Of a stretch of DNA of 64,000 bases, positions 36,389-49,201 are shown piece after piece. Below the pieces are notes generated by a model. The model did no database searches. It saw only the letters and a list, made by a program, of their open reading frames with translations, and was not told where the DNA came from. The translations under genes and the position numbers were made by a program. This DNA is from Planktothrix sp. GU0601_MAG3 (lineage in GTDB: Bacteria > Cyanobacteriota > Cyanobacteriia > Cyanobacteriales > Microcoleaceae): assembly GCA_035193785.1 (NCBI GenBank), contig CP136572.1, positions 2,260,578-2,324,577 of the forward strand, read 5' to 3'. How positions within the stretch are numbered: the stretch's first letter is position 1; each line of letters starts with the position of its first letter.

Positions 36389-38393
36389 ATGACCAATACA
36401 TCCCAAAGACGCGCCTTGGTTGTTCAAAGTAATACTCCCTTTGGCAACAAATTAATTCAATCTGGCTATATTAATCCTGAGCAACTTCAGCAGGCCCTAA
36501 AAGCTGCCCGTCCCGGTCAGCCCCTGACGGAAATTTTGGAATCAATCACCGGCCAACCTCTGCCCCCAGAGTTAGCCCGTCAGTACAAAAAACAACAGTT
36601 ATTTGAACTGAGAATTGTTTATGGCGTCGAGGCCTATGATCCTGAAATTGAACCGATGACGACGGAAGAACTCGAAGTCATGCTGAAATTTCTGGAGACG
36701 GGTTTAGAAACCTGTAAACGCCATCGCTTCATTCCCCTACGCAAAGTCGAAAACGACCCCTCCTCGGTTTTGATTGCGATGGTTGACCCGGATAACCTCA
36801 CGGCGTTGGAGGAGTTAAGAAACCAAATCCTGCGACCCAAAGCCCTGAAATTACAACGGCGGGTGATTACCCATGAAGATTACGATCAAATCATTTCCGC
36901 CTACAGTAATGAAGATGTTAAACGCAAAGCCATCGAAGCTGCCATTCGCGACAAAGAGAAATTAGAATTCACCGCCGGGGATTTTGATACAACTGACCTC
37001 GAAGATGTGGGGGATGAAGGCGGTGGGATGGATTTGGCCGACGAAATCCAAGAATCTGAAACCGCCCCGGTGATTAAAGCGGTGAACGTAATTCTAGCTA
37101 AAGCCCTTTCGGAAGGAGTGTCCGATATTCACGTTGAGCCCCAAGAACATGAGATGCGGATTCGGATGCGTCGAGATGGGGTTTTAGAGGAATATTATAA
37201 ATTTCCGAAAAAGGTGATTCCCGCCATTACCTCCCGGTTTAAGATTCTAGCGGAAATGGATATCGCCGAACGCCGTCAAGCCCAGGATGGCCGGATTCGT
37301 AGGAAGTTTCCGAGGACGGACGGTGGATTTCCGCGTCAATAGTCTCCCCAGTCGGTATGGGGAAAAAATTGTTTTGCGGATTTTGGATAGTTCCTCCACC
37401 CAATTAGGGTTAGATAAATTAATTACCGATCAAGAAACCTTAGCCTTAGTTCGGGAAACCGCTTCTCGACCCTTTGGGTTGATTTTAGTTACCGGGCCAA
37501 CGGGTTCGGGAAAATCCACCTCTTTGTATTCGGTTTTAGCCGAACGCAACGATCCAGCGATTAATATTAGTACGGCCGAAGACCCAATTGAATATGCCTT
37601 ACCCGGAATTACCCAGTGTCAGGTAATTCGAGAGAAAAATTTAACCTTCGCTAATATTTTACGGGCGTTCTTACGACAAGATCCCGATGTATTGCTAGTG
37701 GGGGAAACCCGGGATTTAGAAACGGCCAAGACTTCTATCGAAGCCGCCTTAACCGGACACTTAGTTTTAACTACTTTACATACTAACGACGCGGCCGGGG
37801 CGATCGCCCGTTTAGATGAAATGGGGGTAGAACCTTTCATGGTGTCAGCCGCCCTCTTAGGGATTCTCGCCCAACGTCTGATGCGTCGGGTTTGTGGCGA
37901 GTGTCGGGTTCCCTATACCCCCACGGTGGAAGAACTAGGTCGCTATGGACTGTCCGCTTCCCAAGAAATCGATATTACCTTCTATAAAGCCAATACCATT
38001 CCTCCTGAACAACGGAAGCACCCGACGGATGGGGGTCAGTTGTGCAAAAAATGTAATGGACTGGGTTACAAAGGTCGGGTGGGGGTCTACGAATTCCTGA
38101 AGGTGACGGAAAGACTGCAAACCCTCATTACTAAAGGTGCCCCCACGGAACAAATTAAGGAAGCAGCCGTGGAAGAAGGGATGAAAACCATCTTGGCCTA
38201 CAGTTTACAGCTAGTCCGCGAAGGCTATACCACCTTTGAAGAAGTGGAACGGGTGACGTTTACCGATTCGGGTTTGGAGGCTGAACTCAAAGCCAAACGG
38301 AAACAGGGCTTAACCTGTAAGAGTTGTGAAGCGGAATTGAAACCGGAATGGTTAGATTGTCCCTATTGCATGACCCCACGCTTTACCAGCTAA
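36389..38393 (+). CDS. pilB: Type IV pilus assembly ATPase PilB (frameshift at GTTTC 37306)
   Basis: SDIHVEP, GPTGSGKST, LRQDPD, TGHLVLTTLHTN, cyanobacterial C-terminal CxxC..CxxC. Confidence 0.95.
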
Positions 38394-38558
38394 ACACGGG
38401 GGGAAAATTGCTATTTTCCAAAGGTTTCCTGTGGGGTTTGGGTGCTCACTAAAACACTACTATTGGGAATACTAGGAGAAATTCTTAATTTTCAGAGGTC
38501 TTGGGGTAATACTCCCAGCCGATCAAATCGTTACAACTTAATTTAGAGGAGAACAATA

Positions 38559-39660
38559 ATGGGATTAATGATTGAAGACGCTTTAGAGTCTTTAGTCGAG
38601 CAGGGTGGGTCTGATATTCATATTCAAGCAGGCGCACCTATCTTTTTCCGAATTAGTGGGAAACTGACCCCTCAGCCTCAATTTGGAGAAACCCTATCGG
38701 CAGAGGAAGTACAATCTCTCATCTATCAAATGCTGAATAATATGCAGCGCAAGCAGTTAGAGCAGGAGTGGGAATTGGACTGTGCCTATGGGGTACGGGG
38801 ACTGGCGCGGTTTCGGGTGAATGTCTATCGGGAACGGGGATGCTGGGCCGCTTGTTTACGGGCCTTGGCTTCTAAAATTCCCAATGCGGATAAATTAGGG
38901 GTTCCGCAAGTGATTCGGGATATGACCGAACGCCCTCGGGGTATGGTGTTGGTAACGGGTCAAACGGGTTCGGGTAAAACCACAACCATGGCGGCTTTGT
39001 TAGACTTAATTAATCGGACTCGCTCGGAGCACGTCCTGACGGTAGAAGATCCGATTGAATATGTGTTTCCCAATATTAAAAGTTTATTCCACCAACGGCA
39101 GAAGGGAGAAGACACTAAGAGTTTTGCCAATGCTTTAAAAGCGGCATTACGCGAAGACCCCGATATTATTCTGGTGGGGGAAATGCGGGATTTAGAAACT
39201 ATTGGTCTGGCGATTTCTGCGGCTGAAACTGGTCACTTAGTCTTTGGAAACCCTGCACACCAACTCGGCGGCGGCGACGGTAGACCGGATGTTAGACGTA
39301 TTCCCGCCTATCCAACAACCTCAAGTCCGATCTCAATTATCGGGTTCACTGGTTGGGGTTTGTAGTCAAAACTTAGTTCCCGCCATTGGGGGTGGTCGTC
39401 GGGCTTGCATCGAAATTATGATGAATACTCCGGCTATGGCTAACCTAATTCGGGAGGGAAAAACCGCTCAAATTTATTCCCAAATTCAAATGGGAGGAAA
39501 GTTGGGAATGCAAACGATGGAAATGGCTTTAGCAAAACTCTATACCGAGGGTCAAGTGACTTGGGAAGCGGCGATGAGTAAATCGTCTAAACCTGATGAA
39601 TTGGAACGTTTAATTGGCCCGGCTCCCTCGGCGACTAAGGGACAAAAAGCCAGAGCTTAA
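38559..39660 (+). CDS. pilT: Pilus retraction ATPase PilT (frameshift at GAAAC 39247)
   Basis: GQTGSGKTTT, LREDPD, AETGHLVFGTLHT, NLIRE, GMQTM. Confidence 0.95.
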
Positions 39661-39780
39661 TCAGTCATCCGTTGTCGGGGCGGGTTTATCGAGATGCGCG
39701 GTAATTAACAAAGATCTAAAAAAACCCGCCCGTACCAGTAATAAGTAAAAAGTTAATTAATACTGAATAGGTAAAAATAT

Positions 39781-40915
39781 ATGGCAGGTAGTGTAGTTCG
39801 GAGTCAAGTCAGAAATCGGGGTTTCGACTTTAAACGAATCGAAGAAACTATTAGTATTGCTCTCGCAAGTATTACCATTAAAGACTTAGCAATTTTTGCT
39901 CGTCAGTTTGCTTCAATGTTTAACGCCGGAATTTCGATGGCCAGATGTTTGAGTGTATTATGTGATCAATGTAGTAATGCGAAGTTAAAAAATGCCTTAA
40001 CTTTTATTCGGGCTGATGTGGAAGAAGGGGTAGAACTTTCTGTGGCCATGAGGAAATTTCCCGATATTTTTGATCAGCTTTTTATTAGTATGGTATCGGC
40101 GGGAGAAACTGGGGGGGTATTAGATGAAGTCTTAGAAAGACTGGCGGTAATGATGGAAAAAAACCACAAAACTAACGCCGAAATTGCTTCGGCTATGTCC
40201 TATCCCAAAACCGTAGGCTTTATTGCCATTGCCATCTTTTTTGGGATGACAACATTTTTACTCCCCACCTTTGCGAAAGTGTTTCAGGATATTGGGGCAA
40301 CACTGCCAGTATTTACCCAGATTATGCTCAATATTAGTTCCTTTTGTAGAACTTGGCCACCGATTCCCCAGGGTATTGTGATCGGGACTTTGGTAGGATT
40401 ATTAACGATTTATAAAATCATTTATAAAACTCCTGCGGGCAGAATGTTTTTTGATAAGCTATTTCTGAAGTTACCAATTTTTGGAAACCTGATTCAAATT
40501 TCTGCTGTAGCTCGGTTTTGTACAATTTTTGGCAGTTTAACCCGATCTGGGGTTCCAATTATGAACTCTCTGCAAATTGTGGAAGAAGTGGCAGGAAATG
40601 CGGCGATCGCTTTATGTATTGCCAATGCCAGAGATTCTATTCAACAAGGGGGTTTAATTAGTTTAGCCTTACAGGAAGGAAATGTATTTCCCGGGCTGGC
40701 AATTCAAATGATTGCTATTGGGGAAGAATCGGGGGAATTGGATAAAATGTTAATGAAAGTCGGGGCGTTCTATGAAACGGAAGTGGAAGAAGCCGTAAAA
40801 GGACTTACCAGTATGTTAGAAACCTCTGATGATTGTGATGGTGGCCGGAATTGTCGGTTCGATTTTATTATCTATGTATTTGCCCATGTTTTCAGTGTTT
40901 GAAAAAATGGGTTGA
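39781..40915 (+). CDS. pilC: Type IV pilus platform protein PilC (frameshift at GAAAC 40819)
   Basis: AGETGGVLD, GEESGELD; corrected C-terminus LEPLMI..SMYLPMF. Confidence 0.93.
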
Positions 40916-40985
40916 ACACCTTTCAAGGGAATACCAAAGGGGAGCACGAGGAGCAGGGGAGGCAGGGGAGGCAGGGGAGGCAGGG

Positions 40986-41128
40986 CAGGGCTGTTTCATT
41001 CTTTGTAGGGGCAATCCCCCCGTGGTTGCCCCAATCCCTGAAACGCCTGCAAATCTTGGATGGGGAGGGTAGGCACGGGGGCACTACCCCTACAAAACCC
41101 TGGTTTCCCTGAGAATGAAACAGCCCTG
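40986..41128 (+). mobile_element. MITE copy 3 (143 bp)
   Basis: Same TIRs; flanked by GGAGGCAGGG on both sides within a G-rich array. Confidence 0.85.
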
Positions 41129-41268
41129 GGAGGCAGGGGAGGCAGGGGAGGCAGGGGAGGCAGGGGAGGTAAACTTTTGCTATTACCCATTCGTAATTCG
41201 TAATTCGTAATTCGTAATTCCCTATTCCCCATTCGTAATTCGTAATTCGTAATTCGTAATTCGTAATT
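41129..41268 (+). repeat. G-rich 9-mer array plus (TCGTAAT)n heptamers
   Basis: GGGGAGGCA units, hinge GGTAAACT, then TCGTAAT repeats. Confidence 0.85.
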
Positions 41269-41285
41269 AATTTTTTATCCAGGTT

Positions 41286-41894
41286 ATGTCTATTCAAAAG
41301 TCTCATTATGAAGCGTTGCTGGCAGAATATAGTAATTCGGAAGCTGTAATTACTTTACTCAAGCAACATCGTCCTTATTTTGAAATGGTTCCGAGTATTC
41401 GCCGTTCTGATGATAGTGTGATTACGATTCCCTTACCGATTGTGCGTTTGCGTCATGGCGTTTCCTATTCGGGGGTACCGGGAATTAGTATTAAACCCGG
41501 CGACGCCTTGGGTTTGCCCTGTGATATTGGGATTCTGATGTGTGACCCAGAATGGAAAGTTAAAATTGGGCCGGAAATTTTTGTTTTTATTCATCGTCCC
41601 CAAGAAGAATTATCGGATTTATTAAGACGCTGGCGATTAACTCAAGTTCTATTAGATCAAGATTATGAATGGATTATGCCTCACCATTATAAATATATTG
41701 ATTCCCAAGAGGCGGAGGATCTTTATCCTTTATTTGTTTTATTTCCCGAGACATCGGAATCAATTAAACGCGGATTAATTGGGGCTAATTTACCATTTAT
41801 TATCCACCCCTTGGAGGAGATAATTGATAATTATGAATACCCGGATTTTGATGCCATCCCATTAGAAGAATATCAAGAATTTGGTGGCGAATGA
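41286..41894 (+). CDS. Hypothetical protein
   Basis: 202-aa uninterrupted ORF; family not recognised. Confidence 0.7.
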   Translation: MSIQKSHYEALLAEYSNSEAVITLLKQHRPYFEMVPSIRRSDDSVITIPLPIVRLRHGVSYSGVPGISIKPGDALGLPCDIGILMCDPEWKVKIGPEIFVFIHRPQEELSDLLRRWRLTQVLLDQDYEWIMPHHYKYIDSQEAEDLYPLFVLFPETSESIKRGLIGANLPFIIHPLEEIIDNYEYPDFDAIPLEEYQEFGGE

Positions 41895-41907
41895 GGAGTG
41901 GCTATAC

Positions 41908-42499
41908 TCAATCCGGTTTCCTGTTTATAACGTCGGGGGTTTCTTTCTCCGGGGCGGCTTTGTTTCCTGTACCAGCGATACCATTCTCCAGAAATCCGAA
42001 TCGAAAGCCATAGTAATAATAATGCAATTAATCCCCCCTGTTGAGGGGCATCGAAGGCAAAAATCACCAAGAAAACACAAAGAATATCCTGTCCTAAAAT
42101 TACCCATAGGGGCAAACCGCGCAGGCGATAAAATAATCCCGTTTGAACTAATTGTAAAACCAGGGCTAGTAAACCACTAATAATTGCAATAATCCAATAT
42201 AAGCTAGGTTCGAGGTTAGTGACTTTGGCGAGTGCTAAACCCAAAATAGCGCCAACAAAAGGACTAAATAGTAATTGTATTAATTGTAAAATTCGCTGTC
42301 CCAGTAGTTTTTTAGATGCGAAAATTTCAAATAATGACCAACTAACCAGAACCCCGACAACGACCTGTGGAGAAAATTTGGACAGAAACGGTACACTCGA
42401 CCATAAATCATTTCGCAATAAACCAATGACCAGCAAAGGTAAAGCAATTCTTAATCCCGCCGCCGCCGATGCTGATAGCACCGCTAGAAGTTCAATCAT
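41908..42499 (-). CDS. DUF4126-type membrane protein (frameshift at GTTTC 41916 near C-terminus)
   Basis: LSASAAAGLRIALPLL, multiple TM segments. Confidence 0.75.
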
Positions 42500-42766
42500 A
42501 AATCAAAGTGAGGAACGGAGTATTTGATACCGAAAATTAAATAGGGGGTCTGAGTCTGGTTTAAAGGGTGATCTTATATTCTATATATTAATTATAATTT
42601 TGTTAAAAATGGGGATTTTATTCCCTCTATTTAATAAATTAAGTTTCTCTGTCAAGTTTTCTCTGTTTATAAAATGGGTTAATTCTATTATGACATATCT
42701 ATTATAACTGGGAACTTTTCAAGTTATTAAAGGTCTATAAAGTTTGGAGAAAATAGCACTAAAATA

Positions 42767-44765
42767 ATGCCAAAATTCCTGATTGGTTTAATCGTTAGTA
42801 TCATTTCTTTAAATTCTAGTGTATCTCTTGCCTTAGCAAACCCTCCTAGAATTGATCAAAAAGTAGAATGTGATCTATTAGTGGTTGGGGGCGGACTGGC
42901 GGGAAGTGCGGCGGCCCATGAAGGGTTACTGGCGGGAAAAACCGTTTGTTTAACCGAAATTACCGACTGGGTGGGGGGACAAATTTCTGCCCAGGGAAAC
43001 CTCCGCCCTCGATGAAAGACCGACCCAAAGATCCCTTTTATTTTATCCGAGAGGGTATTTAGAATTAAGGGCGGAAATTGAAAAAAAATATGGAATGCTT
43101 AACCCCGGGGCTTGTTGGGTAAGTGAGGCTTGTTTTATGCCAAAAGCTGGGCATGAAATTTTATTAAAAATGTTTAAAAAAGCTGAAAAGAAAGGTAAAG
43201 GAAAATTGCATTGGTTTCCTAATACTGTGATTAAAGATATGGCAATTAATCATAATCAAATCACCGAAGCGATCGCAATTCAATATAGTTCTGCCCCCGG
43301 ACAACCTCAATTAAATACAAAACCTTTATCTGCGATTATTGAGGATGCTTATGAATATGAAAACTCCCCACAATTACATAAAACAATTATTAGATTTATT
43401 CCTAAAGTCAAAGCTAATCAAGGAGCAGATTGGTATATTATTGAAGCGACAGAAACCGGAGAAATTATTGGTTTCACAAATGTTCCTTATCAACTGGGAA
43501 TTGATCCCCGTTCTCCTCAAGAACCCACCGCATCTAGTATTACAAAAGATCCCTATTGTACTCAAGGATTTACCTATACTTTTGCTATGGAGGCGACCAA
43601 AAATCCCCAAATCCATGAAAAACCTTCATTTTATGAACAATATGCTCCCTATTATAGTTATGAATTATTCCGATTAGCTAACTTTAATTTAGTTTATACC
43701 TATCGGCGGATTCATAGTATGAAACCCAAGGAAAAACGGTCACTAAATCCCAGGGACTGGCCGATTTATCCTGGGGATATTGCTATGCAGAATTGGACTT
43801 GGGGAAATGATTATCGACCCGGAACCTCGGCGGATAATTTGATTTTAACCCCCTCTCAATTAGAAGCAACGGGTCAACTAGAACCCGGCGGATGGAAAGG
43901 CGGGTTAAGAACGGAAACCTTACGAAAAGGTGAGGAAAATGCCCAAGGGTTTTTCTATTGGTTAGTAGCAGGAACTACCGACTCCCAACTGGGTGAAGGT
44001 GTTAAACAAAAATATCCTAATTATCGCTATTTATCCGGTTTAAACTCTCCCATGGGAACCGTTCATGGGTTATCTAAATATCCCTATATTCGAGAAGGTA
44101 GAAGAATAATTGGTCGCCCTTCTTATGGTCAAAAATATGGATTTATGGTGACAGAAATTGATATTTCTCAAAATAACTTCCGTCAAGATTGGTATACCAA
44201 TAATTTAACTCCCGAAGCCTATAGACTGTTATGGTTAGAGTTGGGAAAATTAGACAGTTTACCTGTGCTTTCTGGAGAAAAAACCATTGCAGAAATTCAA
44301 CCCCGTTCTCGGGCTACAATTTATCCTGATACCGTGGGAATTGGTCATTATGCGATTGATTTTCACCCCTGTTTAACCCTAAGTCCGGCGGAAACTCCAG
44401 GAAATACGGAACGGGAAGGAGAACGTCGCGGACAAGGGGAAGCTTATCCGTTTCAAATCCCATTAAGAGCTATGATTCCGCAAAAAATTGATAATCTATT
44501 AGTAGCGGGAAAAAGTATCGCTACCAGTCATATTGCGGCGGCGGCTTATCGGGTTCATTCCTTTGAATGGTCGGTGGGGGCGGCGGCGGGAACTACCGCA
44601 GCATTTAGCTTGAAAACCGAGATTTTTCCCTATCAATTAGTGGATGATTTACCCTATCGGGAACCAATATTAGAGGAGTTACAACGGTTATTAGAAAGCA
44701 ATAAGAATCCGATTTTATTCCCAGAAACATCAATTTTTAATCAGTCTTGGGAAGATTGGAAATAA
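42767..44765 (+). CDS. Exported FAD-dependent oxidoreductase (frameshift at GAAAC 42996)
   Basis: Signal peptide, VVGGGLAG, GGQISAQGTSALDE, YIREGRRI, IPLRAMIP..NLLVAGKSI. Confidence 0.85.
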
Positions 44766-44900
44766 TTAATATAAATAAATCCCTATTGTTGAGCTTTAGC
44801 CCCTAGATCCTTGGGCGATCGCTCGACAACGAAGTTTGAGAGAATTATTAGGATATAATGGTGAATATTCTATTTATTGTAAGCAGAACAGATCAAAATT

Positions 44901-45563
44901 ATGAGATTAGACGAAGCGGTTGAATTTGCAGAAAATCCTGAACCTCGTTGTCCCTGTGTGTTGTTGTTGGATACTTCCGCATCAATGCAAGGAGTTCCCA
45001 TTGATGCTTTAAACGATGGACTGACGGCATTTAGAAATGATTTAATTCGGGATGAACTTGCTAAAAAACGGGTGGAAGTGGCGATTATTTCCTTTGATAA
45101 TCAAGTTAAAATTGTACAGGATTTCGTCACGGCGGATCAGTTTGAACCTCCTTTATTAACCGCCCAGGGTCAAACTTTTATGGGAACTGCTATTAACCAA
45201 TCTTTAGATTTAGTGGCGGCGAGAAAGTTAGAATATCGCAATAATGGTATTACCTATTATCGTCCTTGGGTTTTTATGATTACCGATGGTGAACCCCAAG
45301 GTGAACCTTACCGGGTTACAGAAGAAGCAACTAGACGCATTCAAGAGGAAGAATTTAAAAAACAGGTGGCTTTTTTTGCCGTGGGAGTTGAAGGGGCAAA
45401 TCTGGATAAATTAGCTCAAATTGTCCAGAGAACTCCGTTAAAATTGCGGGGGTTAGACTTTAGAGAAATGTTTATTTGGTTATCTACAAGTATGCAAACT
45501 GTTTCCCATTCTAAAGTTGATGAACAGGTGGCTTTACCGCCTCCAGGATGGGGAACGGTTTAA
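44901..45563 (+). CDS. TerY/YegL-like vWA protein
   Basis: RCPCVLLLDTSASM (MIDAS), YRPWVFMITDGEP. Confidence 0.9.
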   Translation: MRLDEAVEFAENPEPRCPCVLLLDTSASMQGVPIDALNDGLTAFRNDLIRDELAKKRVEVAIISFDNQVKIVQDFVTADQFEPPLLTAQGQTFMGTAINQSLDLVAARKLEYRNNGITYYRPWVFMITDGEPQGEPYRVTEEATRRIQEEEFKKQVAFFAVGVEGANLDKLAQIVQRTPLKLRGLDFREMFIWLSTSMQTVSHSKVDEQVALPPPGWGTV

Positions 45564-45621
45564 GCGGTTATTCATAAAAAATAGGGGTTCACCATCAGTA
45601 GTTAAATTATATAAAATCACA

Positions 45622-46392
45622 ATGAATTCAATCGGTAATTGGCAAGTTGTTTCAGCATCAGTAACCGGAACAAGTCACGAAAAACAAAATATTCCCTGTC
45701 AAGATGCCCAGGGTTATAAACATTTATCTGATCATTGTTTAATCTTTGCCGTAGCCGATGGGGCAGGTTCGGCAAAATTAGCGGATTTAGGGGCGAATAT
45801 TGCTGTTAAAATAGCTTTAGAGACTCTGGAAAAACAGATTAATTCTGTTGATATTGATCTGAATAATATTGCTTGGGAAGATTATCTAAAAGATGCTTTA
45901 AATGCTGCTAAAATTGCAATTGAAGCCGAATCTATTATCCAAGAAACAGAAGTTAGAGAGTTAGCAACTACTTTAATTATAGGTATAGCCACACCGGAAT
46001 TAGTCGCCGTTGCCCAAGTGGGAGATGGGGCGATGGTTGTGGAGGATAAAACTGGAAATATTCTGGAATTAACCATACCAACCAGTGGAGAATATTTGAA
46101 TGAAACGGTATTTTTAGTATCTTCTAATGCGGTTGAAAATGCACAAATTAACCTCTGGTTAGGAAAACCTAAATATTTGGCTGCTTTTTCCGATGGTTTA
46201 CAAATGTTAGCGTTAAAAATGCCGGAAGGAAAACCCCATCACCCGTTCTTTTCTCCTCTGTTTAAATTTGTAGAAACTATCACAGATGAAACCGATGCTC
46301 AAGAGCAGTTAATGGGGTTTTTGCGATCGCCTCGGTTAACACAAAGAACCGATGATGATCTAACCTTAATCTTAGCTAGTTTTAATTCTTAA
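45622..46392 (+). CDS. PP2C-like phosphatase (YegK-like)
   Basis: GTSH..PCQD, AVADGAGSA, QVGDG, FSDGL, TDDDLT. Confidence 0.88.
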   Translation: MNSIGNWQVVSASVTGTSHEKQNIPCQDAQGYKHLSDHCLIFAVADGAGSAKLADLGANIAVKIALETLEKQINSVDIDLNNIAWEDYLKDALNAAKIAIEAESIIQETEVRELATTLIIGIATPELVAVAQVGDGAMVVEDKTGNILELTIPTSGEYLNETVFLVSSNAVENAQINLWLGKPKYLAAFSDGLQMLALKMPEGKPHHPFFSPLFKFVETITDETDAQEQLMGFLRSPRLTQRTDDDLTLILASFNS

Positions 46393-46499
46393 TCTAATTG
46401 GTCTGGGTTAATTCCCGTCTGTCGTAAATGTTCTGCTAACCTTTGACTACGTTCGGTTTCTTGTCTTAATAATACTTCCGTAACTTTAATTAAAATAAG
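46389..46499 (-). pseudogene. C-terminal remnant resembling the tail of cyanobacterial Uma2/DUF820 proteins
   Basis: Minus strand reads ..QETERSQRLAEHLRQTGINPDQLD*. Confidence 0.45.
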
Positions 46500-46622
46500 G
46501 GGAATAAGGATCACGGATTTAAGAGGATTTCACGGATTTCGCGGATTTTGATCTATTATACTGTCTACTTCATAACCTATGATGCAGTATAAATTTAGTT
46601 CCGTTGTGAGGAGTTGCAGCAG

Positions 46623-48120
46623 ATGAGGCTTAAAGAGTTATTGGCAAAAGTTGGGATATCAATATTGTCCGAGTCTCACCCGGCTTTGGAACAAGAAGTT
46701 ACGGGGTTAAAAACGAACTCTATTGCTTGTCAACCGGGGGATTTATTCTTAGGAATGCCGGGAACTCGGGTCGATGGCGGGGAGTTTTGGCCGAGTGCGA
46801 TCGCCTCTGGTGCGGTGGCGGCGATTATTTCCCCAAGCGCCGTTGAAAAAACCCAAGACCGGATTACCGCCGAACAGCCCTGCATTATTCCTAGCGATAA
46901 TCTGACCCAAACCTGCGCTAAAATTGCTACGGCTTTTTATGACTATCCGGCGGAAAAATTGCGCCTGGTGGGGGTTACGGGAACCAATGGGAAAACCACA
47001 ACCACCCATTTGATTGAATTTCTCCTCAGCCATAGCAACCATCCCACCGCCTTACTGGGAACTCTGTACGCCCGTTGGCCAGGATTCCAAGAAACGGCTA
47101 CCCATACCACCCCCTTTTCCGTAGAATTACAGGGACAACTGGCCCAGGCGGTCGCCGCCGGATGTGAGTTTGGGGCGATGGAGGTGAGTTCCCATGCGTT
47201 AGACCAGGGACGGGTTCTCGGTTGTCCGTTTTCAGTGGCCGTGTTCACCAATTTAACCCAGGATCATTTGGACTATCACCCGACGATGGAGGATTATTTT
47301 GCGGCGAAATCCTTATTATTTAGTCCCGACTATCTCAAGGGTCGAGCGATTATTAACGCCGATGACCCCTATGGCCAACGGTTAATCGCCCAATTGGGGG
47401 ATCGGGCTTGGAGTTATAGCACCAGTGACCCAAGGGCTGATCTGTGGGCGGATCAACTTTCCTATCAACCCACGGGGGTTAAGGGTGTTCTCCATACTCC
47501 CCAAGGAGAGGCGGAATTTTATTTACCTTTGGTCGGTCAATATAATTTATCTAACCTGTTAGCTGCTGTCGGGGCGGGGTTAAGTTTAGGATTAGATTTA
47601 ACTACTATTGTCGAAAAAACTGCGCAGTTTCAGGGGGTTCCCGGACGGATGGAAACGGGTACAAATTAGCCCGGATCAGGATATTAGTGTAATTGTGGAT
47701 TATGCTCACACCCCCGATAGTTTGGAGAATTTGCTCAAGGCGTCCCGTCCGTTTATTCCGGGTCGGATGATTTGTGTATTTGGTTGTGGGGGCGATCGCG
47801 ATCGGACTAAACGCCCGAAAATGGGGAAAATTGGGGCGGAATTAGCGGATCTTGCGGTTGTGACTTCGGATAATCCCCGCACGGAAGACCCGGAACAGAT
47901 TTTACAAGATGTTTTAGCCGGAATTCCTGACAGTATCAAACCGATTGTCATTGCAGATCGGGCTAAAGCAATTCATACTGCTATTCTGGAGGCGCAACCC
48001 GGAGATGGGGTATTAATTGCGGGAAAAGGTCACGAAGATTATCAAATTTTGGGAACTGAAAAAATCCATTTTGATGATCGAGAACAAGCCCGGAATGCTT
48101 TGGCCATTCGCATTAAATAA
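46623..48120 (+). CDS. murE: UDP-MurNAc-tripeptide synthetase MurE (frameshift at GAAAC 47652)
   Basis: [47 protein letters not shown]. Confidence 0.96.
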
Positions 48121-48272
48121 CACGGTTGGAAACACTTAGAAAAAAACTGATTCTCTTCTTATTTCCCCCTTTTTAAGGGGGTTAGGGGGATCATGTGTAG
48201 GGTTAATAGCTAGATTTTATATTGGTTTTTGTGGTATTTTCCCAGAGTTATGAAACACCCCTGAAGGGGTTA

Positions 48273-49082
48273 CTACGAAGATGACCAGACTTGTTTAAAG
48301 ATATAAATTGAGAGAATAATTAAAAATATTCTAAACATCATAGTTACGGTTTGATCGGATAATTTGGGTAAAAATCTAGTGCTAATTTGGGCTCCTAATA
48401 ATCCTCCTAACCCTAAAACAATTCCTGGAATCCATAATACATTCCCTTGAATTGCGTGTCCAGCACAAGCAGAAATAGCGGTAATCATAATCACTCCTAA
48501 GCTGGTTTGAATCGCAACTTTAATGGTTTCTCCTAATAACAATATTTGCAAAGGAACCATAATAATCCCTCCACCCACGCCAAATAATCCGGCTAAAATT
48601 CCGGCGGAACTTCCCGTTAAAATTCGAGCAAAAACCGGATTAAATCGTATATTATCCTCAGAATTTATAGTGGATTCAGAGGTTTGTTGTTCTTCTAGTT
48701 GTTTTTTATTAGCTGTTATTTGTTTACGAACTTCTACTAAATATACATTTAACAATAATAAACAGCCAAATAAAAATAATAATAATTTAGAGGGAAATAT
48801 TCCTGCCAAAAATACTCCGATTTGTGCAGTTAATACCGAAGGAAAGCCAATTCCAATCACTTTATTAAAACTCAAATATCCCATCCGCCAATTTTGAAAA
48901 CTTCCAGAAATAGCCGTAATTACAATAGATAAACTACTGGTCGCCACCGCTTGAACAGGTGTATATCCTAATGCAACTAATAAGGGGACTAAAACCGTCC
49001 CGCCCCCAATTCCTAAAAATCCGGCTAAAATCCCAGCAACTAATCCCCCACCCGCTAAAATTATTAATTGAAATATAGTCAT
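48273..49082 (-). CDS. TauE/SafE (TSUP) family transporter
   Basis: Duplicated GxxGxGGG..VP motifs; multiple TM segments. Confidence 0.88.
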   Translation of the reverse strand: MTIFQLIILAGGGLVAGILAGFLGIGGGTVLVPLLVALGYTPVQAVATSSLSIVITAISGSFQNWRMGYLSFNKVIGIGFPSVLTAQIGVFLAGIFPSKLLLFLFGCLLLLNVYLVEVRKQITANKKQLEEQQTSESTINSEDNIRFNPVFARILTGSSAGILAGLFGVGGGIIMVPLQILLLGETIKVAIQTSLGVIMITAISACAGHAIQGNVLWIPGIVLGLGGLLGAQISTRFLPKLSDQTVTMMFRIFLIILSIYIFKQVWSSS

Positions 49083-49201
49083 ATTGTATTTTTTGTACTG
49101 ATTATGTTAGATTTTTTGTTAAGAGGGGTAATAGACAATAGTGATTTATTTTTCGATCTGATAATACCCATAATCATTTTATCTACTAAAGAACCATAAT
49201 T

